This document shows, one piece after another, positions 1-11,196 of a stretch of DNA of 64,000 nucleotides. Source of the stretch: Mobula hypostoma (lineage: Eukaryota). The position numbers and the translations under genes are program-made. The DNA lies in NCBI RefSeq assembly GCF_963921235.1, contig NC_086097.1, positions 112,470,001 to 112,534,000 of the forward strand. Reading direction: 5' to 3'. Positions within the stretch are counted from its first letter, which is position 1; each line of letters begins with the position of its first letter. The notes beneath the pieces are model-generated. The model worked only from the letters and a program-made list of their open reading frames with translations. It did no database searches and was not told the origin of the DNA.

Positions 1-1024
1 TGTGCAATACTAGCAAAGTCTTAACGCATGTTCCATATGAATGATTATGAATTTAGTGGTGTTTTAAAATATGGCTTAATTTAATCTATCTTGTCTCACT
101 TAATACCATGTTACAAAAAATATGATTCATTATGAAATGTTACTTAATTATAATTTATGAAGGATTAAACAGCTACTCCCTTAATGTTTTTCCTGTTGAC
201 AGCACCATGTACCCTACACTGGAAATCATCTAATGCATTGTAACTAGGCAAAAAAGTTACCTATAAAACAAATGGGGGGGGCGGGGGCTGAGATTAGAGG
301 TGCTTTTGGTTTAGTAATGTTGGGAAACAACAGTGGTATGCGTACTATATTTTAGGAGGATTAATCTTCAAAGACTTAAAACATTCAAGTCTTCTCTGCT
401 CTTCTGAAATCTTGCCAAATACAAAAAGGCAGCTGATATTTTTTTAGTTGAGGTACACTACTTGTGCTGTATGCATTCTCAAATTAATGCATCTAAAGCT
501 TGAAGGATGATTAACACACTGTACAAGTTTAGAAATGTTACAATCCATTTTACATTTGATCAACACCAGAACACATTTGTAGAACCTCGGAATTCTTAAG
601 TCATATTTTTGCTAAAGGATGATGATTATTATGTGCAATATGAAGATTGAAGTCCAGCTTTTTAAATTCAGTTGTCTGGTGCAGCTACTTCAATCTGAAA
701 TACACATTTCTTGGATTTGTTGCACAAAAGATGATTGTGATCATATCCAGGTCAAGTCATTGCCCCCAGAATTAAATCACATTGCTCTAAGGAGCCATCA
801 TTATTGGTTGTTCCTAGAAAAGCCAGCCTTTTGTTGTGCTTTTGTTTCTGGGGGTCCCAATACAGCATTGGGAAATCTACCAAGATGGGCTCTTCAATGG
901 TCTTATTTTAGTTTGTCCCTGCATCCATTCACCAGAATCCTGAGCCATGGGCCATGCACTGGCAGCAGAGATCTTTGGTCAGCAAACTTATTAGAATTCA
1001 GTCCAGCGATTATACCATAAAAGG

Positions 1025-1160
1025 TAAGACTAGTTTGTCACATATACATCAAAGCATACAGTGAAATGTGTTGTTTGCGTCAAATCAAGTCTGGGAGGAT
1101 TGTGCTGGTTTGGTAGCCCACCTCCCCCAAGTGTTGCCATGTTTTTGGTGCCAACATGGC
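1025..1160 (-). mobile_element. SINE 3' fragment related to the 3077-3365 copy
   Basis: Its reverse complement resembles the 3' part of the 3077-3365 SINE (catggcaacact...gacgcaaacaa...gtgacaaa). Confidence 0.5.
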
Positions 1161-1396
1161 ATGCCACAACCTAATAACTGAGTTTGATGAAGCTTGGATG
1201 ATGAGGGAAGCATTACTAAGTGAATCTGAAAGAGGTACCAACCTAGTGAAATTGTAACTCAAACAACATGCAGTATTTCGAGCTAGTGATTTCATAAACT
1301 AGAAAGCTTTGCAATCCTCTCATCTAGTCATGAATGGTGGTGGTCAATCAAACAATTGGAGGAGAAGAATCCAAAATCTTCAAACAGATTAAAAAC

Positions 1397-1790
1397 TTGT
1401 GGTTTGGAGGCTTGTATGCCTCAATGACTCAGAGAGCTATGTTGGCTGGGGTCAGGGCTTTGTGCTTTCCCTCTTAGTATGGTCATCCATGCCAAACATG
1501 TCAAAGGGTAGAGGTCAGACTAAGAGTGGTCCACTCTTAGTCTGCCCTCCAAGTTTGGTGGTTCAGCCCAGGGCTTAACAATCCTGACTGATAAAACAAA
1601 ATTGTTATGGAAACAGCAACCACTCCTTTTGCATTTGTGTTAGTATTCCTGAATCACCACCCAACACTCGCATGACTGATGGAAGTGAAAACTCTCAGGA
1701 AGCTAATGAAGGAATCCCTGAACACTGCCAGAGATGGAGGACGTTCACTGTTGCCCTAAATGCCAACAGCATAACAGGGAGTAAGAATCA
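1397..1790 (+). mobile_element. Non-autonomous bipartite RTE-derived element (RTE 5' UTR joined to RTE 3' end), copy 1
   Basis: ggaggcttgtatgcctcaatgac..gagctatg..cagactaagagtggtcc resembles RTE 5' UTRs; it ends in agatggaggacgttcactgttgccctaaatgcc..gagtaag. A second copy lies at 60124-60405. Confidence 0.6.
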
Positions 1791-2222
1791 AAGAGCATCA
1801 CTGCTAACAATGGTGGTGGGGGGGGGGGGGTCAGCACACGACACAAGTTTGACATCATCCTTGCAACTGATAGCAGAGAAGTTTGAGTAGGTACATGGAT
1901 GGGACAGATATGGAGAGTTATGGTCCAGGTACAGGCCAATGGGAGTAAGCAGAATAATAGTTTGTCATGGACTGGATGGACTAAGGGGCCTGTTTCTGAG
2001 CTTTAGTGCTCTTTGACTCTATGAGGGTTAAAAATAAACCTTTTTTTGGAATGGAGTTGCCCATTCACAGTACTCATGGACATTATGTTTTGCTTATCTT
2101 TCTTTGTTAAAGCGTAATGTCCATGAGACTTAAAAGTGTACAGATGCAAGCCAGTAAGGGACTGTAATAACTTGTTATCTTTCTCAAGGATGAGTGAAAC
2201 CATTTTGGTTGGCGAAGTACAG

Positions 2223-2475
2223 GGCAGCACGGTAGTGTAGTGGTTTCACAACACTTTACAGTACAATTCCTGCCACTGCCTGTAACGAGTTTGCACATTC
2301 TCCCCATGACTGTGTGGGGGTCATCCAGATACTCTGGTTTCCCCACAAAGACCTACAGATTGGTAGGTTAATTGGTTGTTGTAAATTGTCCCGTGATTAG
2401 GCTAGGGTTAAATTGGGGGATTGCTGGGTGGTGTGGCTGGAAGGGCTTATTCTGTGCTGTATCTCAATAAATAAT
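2223..2475 (+). mobile_element. tRNA-derived V-SINE
   Basis: Head ggcagcacggtagtgtagtggtt, V-domain-like tgtggggg..ctctggtttccccaca, tail gaagggcttattctgtgctgtatctcaataaa. Homologous copies at 52140 and 54130. Confidence 0.75.
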
Positions 2476-3076
2476 AAAAACAAAATTTGATATGGTTTTC
2501 AGAAACATGCAAGACAGTTCAGTGGAAGTGTAAATCCTCTCATATATCTAACATTAAGAAATAATTAACTTTAGAATTGGAGCTGAAGTGTATGTAGATT
2601 AGAAAAGAAGTGAGGGCTTCCTCGATTATTTAAGTGTGAACAGTGAACAAGCTAGTAGTGCTTCTGTCCTCAGACCAGAATAATGATCAGTGCCAAGGAC
2701 ATCCAAGTCTCTGGGCCGGTTATAAATCGGAGTCTGCATTGAACAGAAGGGCGTGTGAGTTGCTACTGTATTAATTATTCTGTGCTTTGATTTTGAATTA
2801 TTTGTTAATCCTTTGCATCACTTGGTAGAAATGTGTGGGACTTGATCTTTCTCCCCATTTATGCATTTCAGAATAGGCTTTAGGGTGTCAGGAGGAGGGA
2901 TGGGGGTGGTATTGGATTCATTTACTGCAATATACCCAGTCTCTGTTCTGCTCTTGTAACCACAAATTTTTTTGTGACTAATCCAATCTGAGCATCTCGT
3001 CCAAAGTCGACCTCCCCCGCCCCCAGGATATTGACCGACAGGTGCTCAATTATATTCATTCCACTAAATATAGGGA

Positions 3077-3365
3077 AGCACGGTAGTGTCGCAGTTTGCA
3101 TAATCACTTACAGTGCAAGTGGTATGATTGGGGTTCAATTCCCACCACTGTCTGTGAGAAGTTTGTACATTCTCCTGTGACCACAAGTGTTTCCTCTGAG
3201 TGCTCTGGTTTCCTCCCACATTCCAATGACGTTCAAGTTAGCGTTAGTACGTTGTGTTCATGCAGTGCTAGTGCTGGAAACATGGCAACTCTCAACACAC
3301 CTTGGAAAGTGTTGGCTCGTTGATGCAAACAATGAATTCCACTTAGTACACGTGACAATTTTGTC
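3077..3365 (+). mobile_element. tRNA-derived V-SINE (second subfamily)
   Basis: Box B-like ggttcaattccc; V-domain gtttcctctgagtgctctggtttcctcccacattcc. Confidence 0.7.
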
Positions 3366-3699
3366 CATATACATTTGGCACGCAAAGCTAATCTCAATCT
3401 TACTGAGAGCAAGTGGTGAAATTCACTTCTCTGATGGTTATTCTTTGGCATTTCTATGCCACAAATTCTACTTATCATCCTATGCTTGATAATTTCTTTG
3501 GTCTTGGTTTGTGCAGGCAATGGACTGCTTTATTTAGTAAAGGAGTTGCAAATAGAATTGAACAACATGGGGCTGCAGCGGTATCCCCACTCCTGATTTG
3601 GATTGGAAGGTGATTAAACCTCACTGTTTTGCTGTCACTCACTTGAGGCTGGGCCAATGGCAGCTGCTAAAATCGCAACCTCTACCATCAAGGTGGACA

Positions 3700-3925
3700 A
3701 GGGTAGGAGGTGCATATGAACACTACAACATATAAAAATGCCCTCCAAACCTTGACTTGGAAATGTATTTAGTCATACACTGTTGCTGGTCAAAATCCTG
3801 GAACTAGCTACACTGCAGCATTGAATGGCAGGACTGCAGTGATTCATGATGTAGATCAACTCCTCCTTCTCATTGGGTGGACAATGAATGTGGCCTTTTA
3901 TTGATACCCACATCCCCAAAAATAA
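3700..3925 (+). mobile_element. Old LINE 3'-end remnant (CR1/L2 group)
   Basis: cttgacttggaaat..gctggtcaaaatcctggaac..ggactgcagtgattca..cccacatccc. A related remnant lies at about 62900-63110. Confidence 0.45.
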
Positions 3926-4840
3926 ATTTGTAGCTCTTAAATGTGTTATTCTCTTGCAATAGCAAGTTAACTGAGGCACAGAAGCTTGCAGGTGTATTAG
4001 TTAGCAGGTCTCTTGTATCAGAGGGAACAAATCTGCATTAATCCTGCATGGTGACTCAATGTTTGTCGTCAGGAGCATCAATTTCAACTCTATTGTTTTG
4101 CTATGGTTGTTAATACTTCAATATCTCAAAACAGTACAGCATAACAATGTTGATAATTTGCCAATATATTTGTTATATTTATCACACATATTGCAGTTAA
4201 GCATTTGAAAGAAGGGTAAGGCATTCTTCCCATGACCCTTCAACGATACCAAAGAACTTCTTTCAGTTCTTCAGATTCCTCACCACAGTGCAAGCAAAGA
4301 ACACCTTTAAAATGTGCTGGTGCCATATCGCGATGTACTGTATGTTAACTTTGTGACACCAGCGATGTAAAAAAAAATTGAATAAGCCTGACACGCTTTC
4401 AGACATGGCTCAAAGCATCATGCTTGATAGGACTTGACTTACACCTGGATCTTCAGTCAATTCCTTGACCAGCTTGACCACTGCAGAGTTAGCAGTGCAA
4501 GTCAAGAAAACTGCAACTTCTTCCCTTGCAGCATAAGTCTAAAGAACCTGATATCTAGATTGTAATGGGAGCCTATACTTCTGTCAAATGAAGCCAGCTT
4601 TCAGCCATGTAGGAGTCTACTAGCTCTACTGAATCTCAGAATGTTGCCAACAGCAATGTCAGTTACAAAGCCATTATGCACTTTATTGAGTGCTGGAGTC
4701 GTCCAAATATTAGTCCACCAAAAGTTACTGACTTGCGACCTCAGACGATTAATAGTGGTTCCATTAAGCATGAATCAAGCCTGCACAATATGTCAAACCT
4801 TGAAGTGGATGGGCTAAAGAAGCAGAAGGCCATGATCGTA

Positions 4841-4899
4841 CACTCAGTGACCACTTTATTATATATAGGAGGTACCTAATAAAAAGTAGCCACCGAATG
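4841..4899. mobile_element. Tiny Tc1/mariner-type MITE
   Basis: TA|cactcagtgaccactttatta ... taataaaaagtagccaccgaatg|TA: imperfect TIRs with a TA TSD. Confidence 0.7.
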
Positions 4900-7369
4900 T
4901 ATATTCTTTACGCCGCCTCCTTTTTGATTGGCACTAACATTCATGATTACATAGGGTAGATCTACTCAGCTTTTATCTGATCTGGTTGTAAGACGCCTTA
5001 TTTCTGTCTAATGTATGCTGTTTTTATTGTCAGTACACATGTAGTCATGCATTATAAATTCCACTAGGCTGGTATTACTACTTTTGGCATGTTTTTAATG
5101 GAGAGACAGTGGTTCAAACTTGCTTTGGGTAAATCTCACAATATTAGGTACAGCCCCTGTTCCGTACAAGGGCTTTGAAAGCAGCCAACTTCACAGGGTT
5201 TGGCATACTAATCCCTTTGGCAACTTGAAACAATGGCAGAAAACAAAAAAAATGTTTATTGAGTCATAACATCAGCCAAAAATCAACTAACAAGGCAACC
5301 TGAAAGTTGTTAATGAGTTTTTGAGCGATTAGCAGAGCTGAGTTTAAAACTAATCTGGTTTTGGTTTAAAAACTAAACAACCACCTCTGAAATTGGGTTA
5401 TCTTAATACACAGGCTTCATTTATGTGCCACTGGCTCACCTTCCATTCCCTCTCTATTCACAAGCTGGCAACCATCTTTAACCATCTTCCAGTATACAAG
5501 AGAACCGCATAAAGTCCCAAAAAGGTGGAATATAAGGGAAGATGTTTAAAATCCAGGGGAGGTGCAAATTTTCTTTGAGTAAAGGAGAACTGCCCTGCTC
5601 TTTTATTACCTTTTGTCTTCATGGTTACCCTGGTTGTATATTCTTGCTCAGGTCAGTTTAAAAGTCAGAGTTGGGCTCTGATGGCTGAACCTCAACTAGA
5701 CCTGAGGTTCTAATTAATTGGAGGTGGGTGTCATTTGGTACAAGAGTCGGTAGGGGCTGTTGCATCAGGCTGTTTCATATCTCCTCTTCTACAAAAAAAA
5801 CACCAAAACATCTCAGTTTAAAACTTCTGGGTCCAGGTCATGGCTGCAGGAGGGTTTTGCTTACACGCCACCTGTGTTAGCACCTCAGCTTGAAAATGAA
5901 TACTGCATCCTAATGTAATTATAGGAAAAACCTATTAATTTAAACAAAATCTCACTTCTGTATTTCAGGAGATAAAGCTGGGAGAAAACTGGATTGGTGT
6001 AAGAATTGATATCTACTATTTTAATTGACACACCACTATTTCTCTGTCTGGCAAGGTCAGTTAAAATAGGGGCTCTTCAAGCTCAATTGTTATACTAGCT
6101 TCTTAAAAAAATCCTCTGCTTCTTTGATTTGATGTTATCAAAAATAATGATTTATTAGCAAATTAAGTCATCCTTTTTTGACAATGCATCAGATCAAAGA
6201 ACTCAGCTATAATTCATAAAATAACTCAATATTTAAAAGAGATAAACAGCTGAAATGATTAGGAGCGCAGGACAAAAATTGAAGAGGAAGACACAAGAAA
6301 CAAAGAACATCACATAACTAACAGCTCAGAGACATGTAGACAAAAATAATGCTGCAATACTGGGCATGTATTCAACTAACAACTACCAGTTAATCACCCA
6401 AGAAACATTCAAAAGAACTTGCCTTTCCTTGCGTTAACAGGTGTTAATTGAGCTTTCTCCTCAGCATCTTTATAACATTAAAAAAACACAAGCAATGGAA
6501 TTAATAGACTGGTAACATATGATTTTTTAAAAAAAGAGTCTGATGGCATATGCTATCCAGACTGTACAATACATGAAAATTTTATCGGGCCATGATAGAA
6601 CATCTTGTAAACTGCACAGTAATACACTAAGCAGAAAATAATGCACATATTCACATAAAAGATTGATCAGTCATCAATTTGAATTAGGAAACACCATTTC
6701 CTGATACAAACTGATGCAGTTAAAGGAGAGACATGTAGGTTCCAATGCAACTGCAGTTCTTAATCCAATTTAGGTTTTGAAGATTGTACTTTATTAAAAC
6801 ATGATATAGTTCATTTCTCCGATGGTATGAAGAAACTGCTTTGTCCATAAGCTGATACATTTATTTCTCTAAGATGTTGTCTATTATTTAGATTTGCGGT
6901 TATCTATTATGTGGAATGTATATTGATTACTGCATTTGTGACATTGTCCCTTCTGTCAACTATTACAGGGGAGAAGTATATCTTCCATCCTTAGCAATGA
7001 TCACACAACAAAAATACCAACTAATGCTTGCAATTACCTACACATATTCAATTCTTTTGAGCTCAGCTTTTATTGCCTGGAAAGAGATAATCATGTTCCA
7101 CTTTGGTGCTGGTGATCCAGGTTCAATTTCTCTCCCAATATTTTTCTAAAAAAGCCAATCTGCCCAAAATATACTTAATAAGAGAAAACTAGATCCTAGT
7201 AATTAAGAATGTCCATTCATGTTTCAAAATGCTAATCGTGTACTATAATACATAATTCAATTTTTGAAAGACTAATGACTTTTCCCTTGGTGTTAATATT
7301 TCCAAAAGTCATTTTCTTTGATCTTCCTTCTAAGTGGTTAAATTTCTGCAATCAATACTTCTGCAAGTA

Positions 7370-7955
7370 CAGTGGATTTCAGTTAATTGGGCCATTGGTT
7401 AATTGGGACAGCTTCTTATTTGGGACAACTCTTAAAGAACAAAAACTAATCAAGAAAATAGCCATGATTCCCTTCATTTATTTGAACCACTATGCTGCTT
7501 AATTGAGACAGTTTCTAATTAGCATCAGTCATGTGATGTGTGTGGCCATTTGAAACTACACTGTGCTTAGAGCAAACATTTTCTAAATAGGGTCAGTTTT
7601 GTGTTACATTTTCCATTTGGACCAACAGATACCAATACAAAAGCAGTGACCTTTGATAGTTTTGTTTTATTTTGACCTAAAAAAATTCAAAAGAACACGG
7701 CAGTGTACGCTAGATGAATTCCTCTGTCAGCAGCTATTAGGAACTAATACAGTTTTATGGTACTGTAGTAATATTGGTAGTGTTCTAATTTGTTCAATAT
7801 TTCATTTAAATAATAATTTGTTAGTTAAATGGTAGTTTGTCTTTTTTTAATACCTTTCTATCTACTTCAACAAAACTTGGGCTAATTGGGACAGATGCTT
7901 AAATGGGGCCAAAATGTACTGGCCTTGATGTGTCCTAATTAAATGGGATTCATTG
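7370..7955 (+). mobile_element. Non-autonomous Tigger/pogo-type DNA transposon
   Basis: TA|cagtggatttcagttaattggg ... cctaattaaatgggattcattg|TA; repeated subterminal taattggga(c); residual KRTRQCTLDEFL peptide. Confidence 0.75.
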
Positions 7956-9289
7956 TATATATGTTTTTTCAAATATGCAATATTTTTACAAAAGAAAGTG
8001 TTCCTTTTCCTTGAAAACAGGCTTGCTTTGAGAAATGAGAGCCTAAAGATGATTTTACTGCACAATGCAAGTACTCAAATATAGCATTCTGTCTGATAGA
8101 CTGTTCATACTGAATGTGAATTATCCAATATGATGTTTATACAACAAGTAAAAACTGGCTTCAGAGGTTGTGATACAAAATAATAAAGGTTTCTTTGTAC
8201 ATTTATTCAAACCTAGTAACAGCTGTAAACTTATTGATCAAAGTCAGGGCATGAAGGGATTTGGGCAGAAGGCAGGATATTCGGGCCGAGAGTGATAATG
8301 AAATGGCAGAGCAGACTCGATAGAATTCTGCTTCAATATCTAATGGTCGAAGACACTGGATGATTATCAAAAACTAAACCAAAACTTGGAACTAACACTA
8401 TTTAGATGGACAGAATATCTCTCCTTAACTGGAAAACACACAGTAACTAATGATAAATAGAATTACAACAGTATTCACACCACCACACACAAATTCTACT
8501 TAGCTACAGAGAAGACAAACCTTCCTCCACCTCTGACCACTGTTCCTGAGCATTTTCATTGTCCTCTTCTGCATAATGCCAACAAAATTCAAATTTAGAC
8601 TGTAAAACTCATAGATACTCTTGACTAATGAAAATAAGCTCTGAAGGAAAATACAAGTGTATCTCGAAAGTTAAAATGAAAATGTCATTAGTCCAGTACG
8701 GAATGTCAATACAGCTACATGTTCCATCAAGTTAGTACAAGTTTAGGGACAGTCTTTGTCAATTCATGGAACACTTTGAATTATTGGGGGGAAAGCTGCT
8801 AATACTGTGCAGTTGCCCTGATTTTAAAGAAGATATAATTTTTGGCTATAGAGATGAAAAATATATTTAACATCATGGTTTTTAAAATAAACATGAATTG
8901 AGTTGCACTCTGTCCTTCAGGTCTGGTAAAAGTTGCATAATTATCAGACGCTCAAACCACTTCACAGCACAGTCTTCGGGTTAGAGTCACACAATATGGA
9001 ACAGAGATGTGTGCAATTTATAGAAGAGAACAAACTAAGTGCAGTGATTCATGAAATACATCTATAGCTTCGAAATAGTTCCAGAATTAATATAAATATG
9101 TATATATTTATTTAGATGCAAAGAAATGCGTAAGTGTAACTATAGTGACTTAAATAAACCTTCCATCAGACGCATCTTTAACTTCAATGAGAATATCATG
9201 AGAAAAATTCCATGGTGAGTGCATAACATTTAATTCCTCTCACAATCCTTTAGGTAACATTCACATTTCTTTACAACATAGGCGACCGA

Positions 9290-9585
9290 TTAGATTACAG
9301 AGTTTAAGCCAAATTCAACAGCAATTCTTCCACCTGGCTTATTTCCCTGCAACCTGTTATCGCTCACAGACTTTCAACTTCATCCTGATTCTCCTACCAA
9401 CCATCTACCTGTTTACAGTGGCCAGTTAGACAACCAGCACAATTCTAGAATATGGAAGAAACAAGAGTATTTGAAGGAAACCTGTGCAGGCACAGGAAGT
9501 TCACACAAATTCCTTATAGGATACACCAGAGAACAGACTGAAGCTGGATTACCAGCACTGCAGGGCAGCAGTATTATTTGCTGGA
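9290..9585 (-). mobile_element. Degenerate V-SINE
   Basis: Reverse complement contains caggtttccttcaaatactcttgtttcttccatattc (V-domain-like). Confidence 0.5.
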
Positions 9586-9869
9586 TTATTCTGTCATCCT
9601 GCAGAAACCATAGATAGAATTCAGTCAAGGTGTAATCAGCAAACAACGCTTGGCACACATACACTGGGTAAATACTATCTCCACAAGGCAGGGCTAACAA
9701 CTTTGGATGTACCTTGACCAAAGACAAATGCTCTACTGCGTTCTCCCAATATTATTCTACAGCGATACTAAGAGGCAATTAAACTGGCTCATGAATCGGC
9801 AGGGAACAGATGTATATGGACTATATGCAGGCAGATGCAATTCATTTAGATTGGCACCTTTTGATGAGG

Positions 9870-10225
9870 ACCTGTACCATCATCGACACCCTTAATCAGA
9901 AGCTTAATTGGAGCAGCCACATAAATACTGTGGCCACATATGATGGACAGAGGTTGGCTATTCATACCCTGAAACCCCACACAAAGCACATGTCAGCAAA
10001 CAGAACTTGCTCATGAATGCAGCTCCAAGAGCATTTAGGAAGCTCGATATCACCCATTGGTTAGGCAACAATTGGTCACTAGCACATCATAAATGCTCTG
10101 CTAACGTTACACTTCATCTGAAGGATGTTGTGTATGTTCTTTCAAATGTACTGCAGAACCCCCTAAGGCTTCTTTGTCAGCATCTCCCAAGCAAAGGCAG
10201 AAGAAGCTACACCTCACCATGACGT
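9870..10225 (+). mobile_element. Old LINE ORF2 C-terminal remnant
   Basis: Translates in pieces to NQKLNWSSHINTVAT..GQRLAI and MNAAPRAFRKLDIT, typical of post-RT LINE sequence. Confidence 0.5.
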
Positions 10226-10691
10226 GCAAGTTTCTCTCAACCAGCAGTGTTAAGGAGTGGGGCGCTCAGAATCATCAAAGCTAAACTTCTTATTTCTCTG
10301 CAGAGTGGGGGAACAGGGACACTTCCTTGTGAACTTTGGTGGACCTAGGAAAGGCAGGAAGAACAGCGGAGCTGATAGTGCAATTGGGAACAACATTAGT
10401 GGGGTGTGCTTTAAGCACACATTGCTTCACTGATTACGACTCAGTCTACAGTGAAGAAAGGATGAAGGCAGCTGGATTGGGTCCAAGGGCCAAACTTGCC
10501 CTGCACCCTCTCCAACAGTTTCAATCACCAACATTTAACCGTGTAGATGACTGGAGATAACCACCACTCCAGGAGTCAGATGGCAAGGCGTAGTGAAGTC
10601 TCAGCAGCAACTGGGACTTCACTACCTCTGGAGTATGGTATGTTGTTATGGCAGAGTGGTTTAGGTGATGAACTAGAAACCATTGTTTAGG

Positions 10692-10912
10692 GGTGGCACA
10701 GTAGTGTAACAGCATAGTACTGTTACAGTGCCAGTGACCTGGGTTCAATTCCTGCTGGTGTGTCTGAGGAGCGTTACATTCTCCTTGTGAATGTGGGTTT
10801 CCTTCCACATTCAAAGATGTTTAGGTGAGTAGGTTAGTTGGTCAATCACATGGGTGTAATTGAGGTGGCACAGGAATGTGGGTCAGAAGAGTCGGTTACT
10901 GTGCTGTATCCC
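10692..10912 (+). mobile_element. V-SINE
   Basis: gggtggcacagtagtgtaac..gacctgggttcaattcctg..gtgggtttccttccacattc..tgtgctgtatc. Confidence 0.65.
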
Positions 10913-10960
10913 TCCTGATCTATGTTCTAAAGGGACATACTTGAATTCTGATGCTGTGCC

Positions 10961-11196
10961 TATCAAGTATTCAATATTACAGTAACATTTGAGTAATGTT
11001 TTAAATATATCATTTGATTAAGCATTCCTCCGTTGCATAATTAATTACGGGTTGTGTGTAAGAAGGACGTGACTGGCATATTGGACATCATTTCATACGT
11101 GAGCACCTCACTAAAGGAAAACTAAGTAGACATGTTATCTGTGCTCCTGTGTTTTTCTCTTGATTAATTTCTGGATTTACAAAACATACAATAACA
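10961..11196 (+). mobile_element. Solo LTR inserted into a CR1 3' fragment
   Basis: 236 bp ending in CA, flanked by 5-bp TSD GTGCC (10956-10960 and 11197-11201). Removing it restores CR1 gctgtgccctctggtcc. Homologous to 20076-20298. Confidence 0.7.

Noticed and set aside
619..1020. 133-aa ORF, and similar 60-150 aa ORFs across the track (e.g. 27024-27467, 56157-56516)
   Set aside because: No recognisable domains, many non-ATG starts, and lengths expected by chance in intronic DNA.
2223..2300. tRNA-like box A/B sequences
   Set aside because: These are SINE heads with no cloverleaf, not tRNA genes.
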